In this document: positions 22,760 through 31,687 of the stretch, one piece after another
Layout of the letters: the number at the start of each line of letters is the position of its first letter
Numbering within the stretch: position 1 is the first letter of the stretch
NCBI GenBank assembly: GCA_046052125.1
Contig: JBJOMY010000003.1
Span: 192,001-256,000, forward strand
Source: Cyanobacteriota bacterium
GTDB taxonomy: Bacteria > Cyanobacteriota > Cyanobacteriia > PCC-6307 > Cyanobiaceae
DNA: 64,000 nt
Direction of reading: 5' to 3'
Notes under the pieces: model-generated
The model's database searches: none
The model's input: only the letters and a program-made list of their open reading frames with translations
Told to the model about the DNA's origin: nothing
Made by a program: the position numbers and the translations under genes

Positions 22760-23671
22760 GTGCGTTCCTCCGCCTCACCAACCCCACTGATCTCCGATCT
22801 CCACGCTGCGGTTGCCGATCTGCGCAGTACGTCGAGCGGCCCGGCCATCCGGCGCCTGCTGCTGTTGCTCAGCCTGTTGGCCCTTGGCGGTGTTGTGTTT
22901 TGGAGCGTGGAGTGGCTGCCCCTGAGGGTGGCTGCCGCCGTGCTGGTAGCCCTGGCGGAAACGCTGCTGTTGATCGCAACCCATGAGGCCTGCCATGGCA
23001 CCTTGCTGGGGCGACGGCGGCTGGAGCTGGTGCTGGCGGCATTGATCAGTTGGCCGATGGCCTGGCCGCTCTGCACCTACCGGCTGTTGCATGGCCTCCA
23101 TCACCGCTGGAACGGCTCTGATCTGCGTGATCCGGAACGTGTGCACCGCCAACAGGGCGGCCAGTGGCGCTGGCTGTTGCTGGCGGGTGGGGCGGGTTTG
23201 ATCCTGCGCACCGTGCAGGAAGCGCTGGTGTTGCAAGCCCAGCATCCCGGGCTGCGCCGGGCTCTGCTCGCCGATGCTCTCGGCGTTGTGGTGGTGCAGG
23301 GCCTGTTGCTCACGCTGGCGCTGCAGCACGGCCAACTCTTGGCCTACGCACTCTGCTGGCTGCTCGTAGAGCGCCTGGCGGGTGCGCTGCTGCAGCTGCG
23401 GGGTGCCATTGAGCACTGGCAGCTGTGGCGGCCTCAGAGCCATCCCTTGCTCACCCAGCTCTACAGCTCCCGCACGGTTGACGTTCCCGCCTGGGTTAAC
23501 GAGTTTCTGGGTGGCTTACCCCATCACAGCGTGCATCACGCTTTTCCGGCGCTCACTACGGCAGCGCTCCCTACGGCCACCGAACGCGTGGAGAGGGTGT
23601 TGCGGGCCCATGGCTACTCGCCGCTGCCGCGTTGCCAGGGTTACGGCCAGGCGCTCAAGCTGCTGGCCTGA
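22760..23671 (+). CDS. Membrane fatty acid desaturase family protein
   Basis: Three His boxes HEACH, HGLHH, HHSVHH plus TM segments. Confidence 0.88.
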   Translation: MRSSASPTPLISDLHAAVADLRSTSSGPAIRRLLLLLSLLALGGVVFWSVEWLPLRVAAAVLVALAETLLLIATHEACHGTLLGRRRLELVLAALISWPMAWPLCTYRLLHGLHHRWNGSDLRDPERVHRQQGGQWRWLLLAGGAGLILRTVQEALVLQAQHPGLRRALLADALGVVVVQGLLLTLALQHGQLLAYALCWLLVERLAGALLQLRGAIEHWQLWRPQSHPLLTQLYSSRTVDVPAWVNEFLGGLPHHSVHHAFPALTTAALPTATERVERVLRAHGYSPLPRCQGYGQALKLLA

Positions 23672-23847
23672 AGATCCGGGTGGACAGCTGCCGCCTGCTG
23701 GAGCTTCTCCAGTAGCGGTGCCATCCACGGTTTCCAGATCTCTGCGGCAGCGCCATGGCTGCACGGTTTGTACAGGCTGCGGGCCCGGATTGTGTTGAGG
23801 AACAGCAGCAGCTCCTGCTGCGTGAGTTCCACCGAAATAGAGCGCAT
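23641..23847 (-). CDS. Small hypothetical protein
   Basis: ATG-started 68-aa ORF filling the gap downstream of psbA; no recognised motif. Confidence 0.35.
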   Translation of the reverse strand: MRSISVELTQQELLLFLNTIRARSLYKPCSHGAAAEIWKPWMAPLLEKLQQAAAVHPDLQASSLSAWP

Positions 23848-23930
23848 GCCAGAGCCTCCCAAACGGGGATCAGCAACCTCTAGGGGAGGCTCTGGAGCGC
23901 GGCTGTGGCGTGCCGCGCTTCTGCAGCAGA

Positions 23931-24983
23931 TCAGCCGTTGGCCTGCGTCCGGCTGGCTAGATCCAGGGGGAACTGATGGGCATTGCGCTCGTGGATTGCC
24001 TCAATGCCGAGGTTGGCGCGGGTGAGCACATCGGCCCAGGTGGGAATCACGCGGCCCTGGTGATCGAGCACGGAGTGATTGAAGTTGAAGCCATTGAGAT
24101 TGAAGGCAAAGCTGCACACCGCCAGCGCTGAACACCAGATGCCCAGCACGGGCCAGGCCGCCAGCAACCAGTGGATGCTGCGGCTGTTGTCGCTGCTGGC
24201 ATAGGGCATGATCACGCGCCCCAGATAGGCATGCGCCGCCACCAGGTTGTAGGTGGGTTCGCGCTGGCCAAACAGGTAGCCACGGTTGATCGACTCGTCT
24301 TCGGTGGTTTCACGAATCACCGTGCTGGTCACCAGCGAGCCATGCAGCGCCGCCAGCAGTGCGCCCCCGAAGCTGCCGGCCACGGCCAGCATGTGCAGTG
24401 GGTGCATCAGCACGTTGTGCTCGGCCTGCAGCACCAGCATGAAATTGAAGGTGCCGCTGATGCCGAGGGGCATGCCATCGGAGAAGGAGCCCTGCCCCAG
24501 CGGATACACCAGCAGCACCGCCATGGCGGCGGCCCAGGGGGCTGAAAAGGCCACGGCGATCCAGGGGCGCATGCCCAACCGATAGGAGAGCTCCCATTGC
24601 CGGCCCATCCAGGCGGTGATGCCGATCAGGAAGTGGAACACCACCAGTTGATAAGGCCCGCCGTTGTAGAGCCACTCCTCAACACTGGCCGCTTCCCAGA
24701 TGGGATAAAAGTGCAGGCCGATCGCGTTAGAGCTCGGCACCACGGCAGCGCTGATCAGGTTGTTTCCCCCGAGCAGTGAACCGCTCACCGGCTCACGGAT
24801 GCCATCGAGATCCACCGGCGGTGCCGCTACGAACGCCATCAAGAACACGCAGCTGGCGGTGAGCAGGGTGGGGATCATCAGCACCCCGAACCAGCCGATG
24901 TAGAGGCGGTTGTTGGTATCGGTGATCCATGCGCTAAAGCGCCGCCAGGGATTCACCCAGGCAGCTAATCGTGTTGTTGTCAT
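23931..24983 (-). CDS. psbA: Photosystem II D1 protein, divergent low-oxygen (D1'/group 3-like) variant
   Basis: [40 protein letters not shown]; carries G80A, F158L, F186L. Confidence 0.95.
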   Translation of the reverse strand: MTTTRLAAWVNPWRRFSAWITDTNNRLYIGWFGVLMIPTLLTASCVFLMAFVAAPPVDLDGIREPVSGSLLGGNNLISAAVVPSSNAIGLHFYPIWEAASVEEWLYNGGPYQLVVFHFLIGITAWMGRQWELSYRLGMRPWIAVAFSAPWAAAMAVLLVYPLGQGSFSDGMPLGISGTFNFMLVLQAEHNVLMHPLHMLAVAGSFGGALLAALHGSLVTSTVIRETTEDESINRGYLFGQREPTYNLVAAHAYLGRVIMPYASSDNSRSIHWLLAAWPVLGIWCSALAVCSFAFNLNGFNFNHSVLDHQGRVIPTWADVLTRANLGIEAIHERNAHQFPLDLASRTQANG

Positions 24984-25253
24984 TGTTCTGTCAGTGATCA
25001 CACGCCATTGCCCTTGAGCTCTGAGTCGGCTTGAGGCGTGTGGTGAATGGTGGAGGCGAGACGCGGATGCCAGATATGGCTGTTGGTTGTCTCAGCGGGT
25101 GCGTGCTCGCCCGGATCAACCCTGATCGCTCATTCAGCTCGCTGAGCCCGTGGGATCAGCTCCGCGTTGGAAGCGCCACGGATCTGCGGCAGGTCATGCC
25201 TCGCTGCGGTGGCTGGCCCTGATTAAACCGGGAGCACCTTCCCCCCAGGCCCC

Positions 25254-25460
25254 ATGTTCCTGCGAACCCGCGCCGATGGCTCGATCGTGGAGGTGTTGAG
25301 CTTGCCGCAGCTGTTTGATCCCTTCGCCAGCAGCGTGCAGGGTCGGTTGCATGCCGGTGAGGAGCTGCAGGAGCAGGAGGCTTTGGTTAAAGCCGACTTG
25401 ATCTTTCCTTCCGGTGAGTCGTTGCCCCGCTGCTGGCTGGATCCGCACTACCAGCAGTGA
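25254..25460 (+). CDS. Small conserved protein (GEELQ..FPSGE.LP.CW family)
   Basis: 68 aa ORF with a motif pattern I recall from a small cyanobacterial family of unknown function. Confidence 0.8.
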   Translation: MFLRTRADGSIVEVLSLPQLFDPFASSVQGRLHAGEELQEQEALVKADLIFPSGESLPRCWLDPHYQQ

Positions 25461-26091
25461 TCAGGGCGAGCACTTCGCCATCGCTCACCGGCTCAAAGCG
25501 CTCATACCAAGCCCCCACCGCCCAGAGGTTGTCCACCTCCGCCAGTGCGATCAGTGCATCGAGCTCCGGTCGCAGTCGGGCTGCCACCTGGCGATCGATC
25601 ACCGGCACCGCCAGCACCAGCCGGCTGGGGTTGGCTTGCCGCAGCGATTGCAAGGCGGCCCGCACCGTGAGCCCCGTGGCCACGCCGTCATCCACCACCA
25701 ACAGGGCGCGATGGCGCAGTGACGCCAACTCCGGGTCGCCGTAGAGGCGCCGTCGTCGCTCGAGCTCGCGGCTCTGCTCGGCCACGATCCGCTCGCGCAG
25801 GGCAGCATTGAGCCCATGGGCGTTGGCCGTGGTGTCGTCCCAGATCAGCACTCCGCCCGGTGCGATCGCTCCCAGGGCCAGCTCTGGTGCCAGTGGGTGC
25901 GCCAGTTTGCGCACGGCCCAGCTCGCCAGCGGCAGCTCAAGGGCGCGCGCCACTTCGGCGGCTACCACAATGCCCCCGCGCGGTAGCCCCAGCACCAGCG
26001 CATCGGGGCTCTTCCGCCATGAGGTCAGTCGTTCGGCGAGGGCGCGGCCGGCTTGGTTGCGGTCACGCCACAGCGCGGTTCCTCGAGCCAT
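25387..26091 (-). CDS. Phosphoribosyltransferase family protein (Rv0571c N-terminal type)
   Basis: RDR..AG..LA, LGLPRGG, VRKL, LVVDDGVATG PRPP motif, AVG.WY..F. Confidence 0.9.
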   Translation of the reverse strand: MARGTALWRDRNQAGRALAERLTSWRKSPDALVLGLPRGGIVVAAEVARALELPLASWAVRKLAHPLAPELALGAIAPGGVLIWDDTTANAHGLNAALRERIVAEQSRELERRRRLYGDPELASLRHRALLVVDDGVATGLTVRAALQSLRQANPSRLVLAVPVIDRQVAARLRPELDALIALAEVDNLWAVGAWYERFEPVSDGEVLALITAGSADPASSGATTHRKERSSRL

Positions 26092-28834
26092 GGCGATGGG
26101 TCCTCCAGAGGGTGCGGAGCTGATCGGCAAGCAGTGGTGCCGGAATGCACAGCAGCAACCACCACCACAACTGTGATGGGATCGGCGCCATCTGGAAGGT
26201 GCGGGCCAGGGGCGGCCAGCCCTGCAGCAGGGCGAAGGCCAGTAGCTCCGTGGCGATGCCGAGCAGCAGCAGGGCGTTGGGGCGTTGCTGGATTCGCCCG
26301 CGGCAGGCCAGGGCCGTGCCCACCTGGGCCGCAACGATTGAGCCCAGGGCCACGGCAGAGGCCTGCTGCTGAACAGCGATCACGGCCGCGGAGGCGTGGT
26401 GGTGCAGCAGATCTGCCGCCAGAGACCGGAGACCCACCAGGTTCACCCCCTCGCGCCACCAGGTGAGCCCGTAGCCGCTCATGGCGAGGACCCCCTCGAT
26501 CAGGCCAAAGAACAGATAGGCCTCCTGGAGCAGCGCGCGATCCAGCAGTGGTTGGTCGCGATGGCGCGGTGGCCGGTTCATCACCTCCGGCTGGGCTGGC
26601 TCGGCCCCCAGGCCCAGGGCCGGCAGCAGATCGGTGCCCAGATCGATCGCCAGGATCTGCAGCACGGTGAGGGCTGCCGGGATTCCCAGCAGCAGCATGG
26701 TGAGGAACGGCGCCACCTCCGCCACGTTCGAGGCGAGGATGTAGAGGATGAAGCGGCGGATGTTGTCGTACACGCCGCGGCCGTGCCGCACCGCCGAGAC
26801 GATCGTGGCGAAGTTGTCGTCCACCAGCACGATGTCGGCTGCTTCGCGGGCCACATCCGTGCCGCTTTTGCCCATGGCGATGCCTACATCAGCGGCCCTC
26901 AGCGCCGGGGCGTCGTTCACGCCATCGCCGGTCACGGCCACCACTTCGCCGAGTGCCCGGTAGGCGTGCACCAGCCGCAGCTTCTGCTCCGGTGCCATGC
27001 GGGCAAACACCAAGCGGGAGCGGTATTTCAGGAGCTGGCGCAGCTGAGCATCACTGAGCCGCTGCAGGTCGCTGCCGTTGATCACCCGCACGGGGTCGTG
27101 GTCGGCATGGGCCGGCGCCTCCAACAGTCCGATCTGCCGCGCGATCGCCTCAGCAGTGAGGCCGTAGTCGCCGGTCACCATCGTGACCTTGATGCCGGCG
27201 CGGTGGCAGGCAGCGATCGCTTTGCTCACGCCGGGCCGCGGCGGATCCACCAGGCCCACCAGGCCCAGCAACACCAGCTGCTGCTCCTCCAACTCCTGCC
27301 GCTGCCCGGGCCTGCAGGCGATCGCCAGCACCCGATACCCCTGGCGGGCCATCACATCGTTGGCCTCACTCACCAGCTGCCGCTCAGCCGGCCCCAGCGG
27401 CACCACCGTGCCGGCGCGCCACCAGTGGCTGCAGCGCTCCAGCAGCTCCAGCGGCGCACCCTTGCTGCCCACCATCCAGCTGCAGGGTTCTGGCCAGCGG
27501 TGATCGCCTTGCCAGTGCAGCAGCACGCTCATCAACCGCCGCTCGGAATCGAAGGGCAGCTCCTGCAGCCGGGGCAGTCGCTTGCGCTCCTGGTCCAGCT
27601 CCAGGCCGGCGCGCTGAGCGCCCTGGAGCAGCGCCGTTTCTGTGGGATCGCCAACCTCAAGGGAGGCGTTGCAGCACAGGGCAGCGATCAACAGCAGCAG
27701 CTGTTGATCGTCTCCCCAGATGCTCTGCAGCGTCATGGCGTTGGCCGTGAGCGTGCCGGTTTTGTCGGTGCAGATCACACTCACACAGCCGAGCGTTTCC
27801 ACCGCCGAAAGCCGCCGCACCAGAGCCCGCTCCCGGGCCATCCTCTTCACCGCCAGCGCCAGCGCCAGGGTGACGGTGGGGAGCAGACCCTCCGGCACAT
27901 TGGCCACGATGATGCCGATCGAGAACACCAGGCTCTCGAGCGGCTTCACGCCGACTAGCAGCACGCCGCCGAGGAAGGCCAGCGCTCCCATGCCAACGGC
28001 GATGCCGGTGATGGTGCGCACGATCCGCCCCACCTGCACCTCCAAGGTGCTGGCACCGCGTTCAACGCCGGCACTGAGATGCGCCACCTGGGCGAACTCC
28101 GTGTCGGATCCAGTGGCGTACACCAGCGCCTGCGCCCGGCCGGCCACCACGGTGGTGCCGGCTGGTAGCAAGTTGGCTGTGTCCGATGGATTGCCCCGCG
28201 GCGGCTGGCTGGTGGCCGTGCGTGCCACCGGCAACGCCTCCCCGGTGAGCACGGCGGCATTGAGCGACAGCTCCACCGCCTCGATCACCCGGCAGTCGGC
28301 CGGCACTTGATCGCCCGCCTCCAGCTCCAGTAAATCCCCCGGCACCAGGGTTTCCACCGGTAGGAGCTGCAGGGAGCCATCGCGCCAGACCCGCACCTGC
28401 CGAGGCAACACGTTGGTGAGGGCCGCGAGGGTGCGTTCGGCCTGAAAGTCCTGCCAGAAGCTGAATACTGCATTGATCAGCACCACGCTCCAGATCGCCC
28501 AGCCGAGTTCGGGTGTGCCGGCGAGAAAGGCCATCGTTCCCGCCACCCACAGCAGCAGAGCCATGAAGTGGGTGAGCTGATCGCTGAAGCGCAGAAGGAG
28601 GGGCCGTCGCCGCTGCGGCGGGAGCTGATTGGCTCCGAATCGCTCCAGCCGGATCGCGGCCTGGGCACTGCTCAAGCCTTGGGCGCTGCTTTCAAGGGCA
28701 CGAAGGGCTGTTGCTTGGTCGAGGCTGCAGATCGGCGGCGAAGCAGTGAGTGGCACAACACCGGTTCCTGGCTGTGGTTGCTGACTAGCGCCTTTGCGGA
28801 GGCCTGTCGCGTCTTCATCGTGAATGGGCTGCAA
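26063..28834 (-). CDS. Cation-transporting P-type ATPase (P2, CtpF-like)
   Basis: TGEA, VANVPEGL, DKTGTLT, KGAP, TGDGVNDAPAL; start uncertain. Confidence 0.95.
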   Translation of the reverse strand: MQPIHDEDATGLRKGASQQPQPGTGVVPLTASPPICSLDQATALRALESSAQGLSSAQAAIRLERFGANQLPPQRRRPLLLRFSDQLTHFMALLLWVAGTMAFLAGTPELGWAIWSVVLINAVFSFWQDFQAERTLAALTNVLPRQVRVWRDGSLQLLPVETLVPGDLLELEAGDQVPADCRVIEAVELSLNAAVLTGEALPVARTATSQPPRGNPSDTANLLPAGTTVVAGRAQALVYATGSDTEFAQVAHLSAGVERGASTLEVQVGRIVRTITGIAVGMGALAFLGGVLLVGVKPLESLVFSIGIIVANVPEGLLPTVTLALALAVKRMARERALVRRLSAVETLGCVSVICTDKTGTLTANAMTLQSIWGDDQQLLLLIAALCCNASLEVGDPTETALLQGAQRAGLELDQERKRLPRLQELPFDSERRLMSVLLHWQGDHRWPEPCSWMVGSKGAPLELLERCSHWWRAGTVVPLGPAERQLVSEANDVMARQGYRVLAIACRPGQRQELEEQQLVLLGLVGLVDPPRPGVSKAIAACHRAGIKVTMVTGDYGLTAEAIARQIGLLEAPAHADHDPVRVINGSDLQRLSDAQLRQLLKYRSRLVFARMAPEQKLRLVHAYRALGEVVAVTGDGVNDAPALRAADVGIAMGKSGTDVAREAADIVLVDDNFATIVSAVRHGRGVYDNIRRFILYILASNVAEVAPFLTMLLLGIPAALTVLQILAIDLGTDLLPALGLGAEPAQPEVMNRPPRHRDQPLLDRALLQEAYLFFGLIEGVLAMSGYGLTWWREGVNLVGLRSLAADLLHHHASAAVIAVQQQASAVALGSIVAAQVGTALACRGRIQQRPNALLLLGIATELLAFALLQGWPPLARTFQMAPIPSQLWWWLLLCIPAPLLADQLRTLWRTHRHGSRNRAVA

Positions 28835-28966
28835 TCAGAGCCGCAAGCGCTGTTGATCCTTGCGGGGTTCTAGAACGCAAGCGTTGGATCCCTAAGACAC
28901 GCACAGGGTTGGCTCAGTGCCTTGGCGTTGCTGCAACTGAAAAGAACGCACTGGGGCAACGGGCGC

Positions 28967-30064
28967 ATGCAGCGCTACGGCCTGGTTGCCGCCATGGTGT
29001 TGGTGGGTGGCGTATTGGTGCGCTTGGTGCACGGTGTTGTTGCTCCGGCGCAAGTGGATGACGCGCGCCTGGTCGTGCCATCCAGCCCCTTGGTGCCGGC
29101 TACGGAGCTTGTGGTAGCCCAGGAGCATGGCCGCCTGGGTCATCTCTATGTGCGTGAAGGGGCTGCAGTCGCTCCCGGACAGGCCCTGTTTTCGTTGAAG
29201 CGCGATCTCGAGATCGAACAGGATCTGGTGGATCGAGGGTTGGCGCGCGACATCACAGAAGTGAATGCTCAGATTCGCGAGTCGCGCCGGGCTCTTGATT
29301 CCTTGGCTGAGCGTTTGGTGCTCACTCGACCTGTGGCGAATCCGCAGTTTGAGCAGCAGATCGCCCTCGCTAGGCAGCGTTTGGATCGGCGCATCACGCT
29401 CTGGCTATCCGGTGGCCTGAGTCGCGATTTTGTGGATGAAGGTGAGGAGCGTCTGCTGCGTTTGAAGCGCGATGCCGCTCAGTGGCGGGAGGATCGCCAG
29501 AAGTTGGTGAGCTTGCAGCAGCTCATTCGGCAGCAGAACGCCCGCTTGGACGGGTTGTTGCAGCAGCAGACACAACTGCGCAGCAGCGATCTGCAACGGC
29601 GCGCCGAGGCGCGCGTGCATCCACCACTTCAATTCAACGAGCAGAGTCATCTCGCTTACGCCACTTATCGCGCTCCTGCTCGCGGCACGGTGCTGCGGCT
29701 GCTGAAGCAGCCCGGCGAGGCTGTGAAACCTCGCGAAGCGGTAGCGATTGTGCAGAAGGATCTGCCGCCTCCGGTGGTGGAGGCCAGGGTTCCGTGGTCG
29801 GGTCAGTGGTTCTTGATGCCTGATCAGGAAGCAAGAGTGGAGATCCCCTCGCTCCGCCAGCGCTACGACGCCCAAGCCGTTGCCGTTGATCATGGTGGAG
29901 ATGGTTGGCAGCGCGTGCGGCTGGCGTTGAAAGGGGTTCCAGCCACCGAGATGAGGCGTTTGCTGGCCTTGCCTGGAGAGCCGGTGCGCTTGACCATTCC
30001 CCAGGAGCATCTACTGGTGCGCTGGTTGCGTACACGGGAGCTGAAGGCCTGGGCCTCACCGTGA
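28967..30064 (+). CDS. HlyD/membrane-fusion-protein family periplasmic adaptor
   Basis: N-terminal TM, split lipoyl-like halves (V.EG..V..GQ.LF; APA.G.V...K.PGE.V) flanking a long coiled coil. Confidence 0.8.
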   Translation: MQRYGLVAAMVLVGGVLVRLVHGVVAPAQVDDARLVVPSSPLVPATELVVAQEHGRLGHLYVREGAAVAPGQALFSLKRDLEIEQDLVDRGLARDITEVNAQIRESRRALDSLAERLVLTRPVANPQFEQQIALARQRLDRRITLWLSGGLSRDFVDEGEERLLRLKRDAAQWREDRQKLVSLQQLIRQQNARLDGLLQQQTQLRSSDLQRRAEARVHPPLQFNEQSHLAYATYRAPARGTVLRLLKQPGEAVKPREAVAIVQKDLPPPVVEARVPWSGQWFLMPDQEARVEIPSLRQRYDAQAVAVDHGGDGWQRVRLALKGVPATEMRRLLALPGEPVRLTIPQEHLLVRWLRTRELKAWASP

Positions 30065-30726
30065 TGCTTGCCCTGGCGTTCGTGGTGATTCCCCATCTGC
30101 TCTGGGCCCAGCGGCTGGTTGCTGATCTGCGACCGGAACACAACAGCTATGGGCGCAATCCCTCTCTGGTGGTGTGGCGTGGTGTGGATGGAGCGCCGAT
30201 CAGCCGCAACCGCAGTGATTGCTCCAGCTTCATCACCGCGTTATGGAGCCGTGCCTACGGCTATGGCTCAGATCAGATGCGCCAGTGGCTTGGGGTTGCG
30301 GCACCGCGAGCACGCGACTATCACGACGCCATCGTGAAGGGCAATCGGTTTCAACGGATTGAGCGGATTGTCGATCTGCAGTCAGGTGATCTCCTGGCCA
30401 CGCGCTATCAGCGCAGCCGCTCTGATGCCACCGGGCACGTGATGTTGGCGGCGTCGCGGCCGACGGCTGTGGGTGTTTGTTCTGGGGTTTTGTGCGTGTT
30501 TCGGCTGCAGGTGATTGATTCATCCCGCAGCGGTCATGGACCACTCGATACCCGGCAAGGCAAGGCCGGCGTTGGCGAGGGTGTGATTCGGCTGCAGACC
30601 ACTCGAGATGGTCGTTTGCAGGGGTACCGCTGGAGTGAACGAGGCAGCTCCCGCTGGCGCTTGGCACCAGAGGAATCGCTGGTGGTGGGGCGGTTTATTG
30701 GGCCAGTGTCCAGAGCTGGTGGGTGA
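30064..30726 (+). CDS. Exported NlpC/P60-like (papain-fold) cysteine hydrolase
   Basis: Signal-like N-terminus, SDCSSF catalytic Cys, LQSGDLL, TGHVM His; TGATG coupling to the upstream gene. Confidence 0.65.
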   Translation: MLALAFVVIPHLLWAQRLVADLRPEHNSYGRNPSLVVWRGVDGAPISRNRSDCSSFITALWSRAYGYGSDQMRQWLGVAAPRARDYHDAIVKGNRFQRIERIVDLQSGDLLATRYQRSRSDATGHVMLAASRPTAVGVCSGVLCVFRLQVIDSSRSGHGPLDTRQGKAGVGEGVIRLQTTRDGRLQGYRWSERGSSRWRLAPEESLVVGRFIGPVSRAGG

Positions 30727-31687
30727 TGAACAGTGCGCCCATGGCAGAGCTGATCATCACCAGCATCCAGGGGAGGACCTGTTTTCGCCCGTACAGCACC
30801 ACATCGTTGGCGTAGGAGAGGATCGCGATCACCACGAGGATGTGGTTGCCCTGAAAGGGCAATGCGTCCATCCCGAGCTGAATGAACAGCACCTCCACGC
30901 TCCACACAAAGGCAATGCTCAGGAGCAGCGCCACCACATAGCGATTGAGCCCCACGATCAGGCTGCGCGCACTGATGGCGTGAACCAGTTGCTCCACGCT
31001 CAGGCATCCCACCACAAACATGGCGGCACTGAGGGGTTCCAACAGCAGGGCGGCGGCCATTGGGGCAACCACGTAACCACCCGGGCGCTGGTGGGTGCGC
31101 TTGTAGATCGCCATGCCCACCAGGAGTGCGATGAGGAACTGAATCGACTTGGCATGCAGCTGAATGCTGCTCACATGCCTGTAGTACTGGTTGAGTTCGT
31201 TGAAGTCGATTCGAAAGAGAGCGCTGCCGATCACCACAATGGTGAGGGTGAAGAGCAGGGTGCCTGTGGTCACCACCAGCATTCCCTTGCTCACCGGCCG
31301 CCAGCTTTGGCGATGCAGGTTGAAGGCGATCACAGCTGGTAAGAGGCTGCCAGTGATGCCATCGAGGCTTCCCGCAATCACGCCGAGCTGAAGGGCAGCG
31401 AGGGCCAGGGGGGGGCTGATGAGTAAGGACAGCACGCCAAGGATGTACATCGGCCGCCGCCGTTGATGCTGGAGCCGCTCAAACCAACGCTGATAGATCC
31501 ACTGGATCAGGTAGGCCATTGCAATCACGGCCAGGCACCAGAGCGGTGAGACCAGAAATAGGTTGGTGAGGATCCCGGGAACAATGATTCCGCCGGGGGT
31601 GATGCCATTGCGCTGCTGCCAGAACAAGGCCAGCAGGCTCCCGATCGCCAGGCTGAAACGCTGAATCTCCGGTGTGATCAGCTCCAT
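30695..31687 (-). CDS. pgsC: Poly-gamma-glutamate synthase subunit PgsC/CapC, tandem-duplicated
   Basis: GITPGGIIVPG and RR..Y..G CapC motifs; second copy RPGGYVVAP..LIVGLNRY; directly downstream of pgsB. Confidence 0.85.
   Translation of the reverse strand: MELITPEIQRFSLAIGSLLALFWQQRNGITPGGIIVPGILTNLFLVSPLWCLAVIAMAYLIQWIYQRWFERLQHQRRRPMYILGVLSLLISPPLALAALQLGVIAGSLDGITGSLLPAVIAFNLHRQSWRPVSKGMLVVTTGTLLFTLTIVVIGSALFRIDFNELNQYYRHVSSIQLHAKSIQFLIALLVGMAIYKRTHQRPGGYVVAPMAAALLLEPLSAAMFVVGCLSVEQLVHAISARSLIVGLNRYVVALLLSIAFVWSVEVLFIQLGMDALPFQGNHILVVIAILSYANDVVLYGRKQVLPWMLVMISSAMGALFITHQLWTLAQ

Noticed and set aside
23931..24983. psbA as rogue D1 or chlorophyll f synthase
   Set aside because: All Mn4CaO5 ligands and YZ/H190 are present, and there is no far-red gene cluster nearby.
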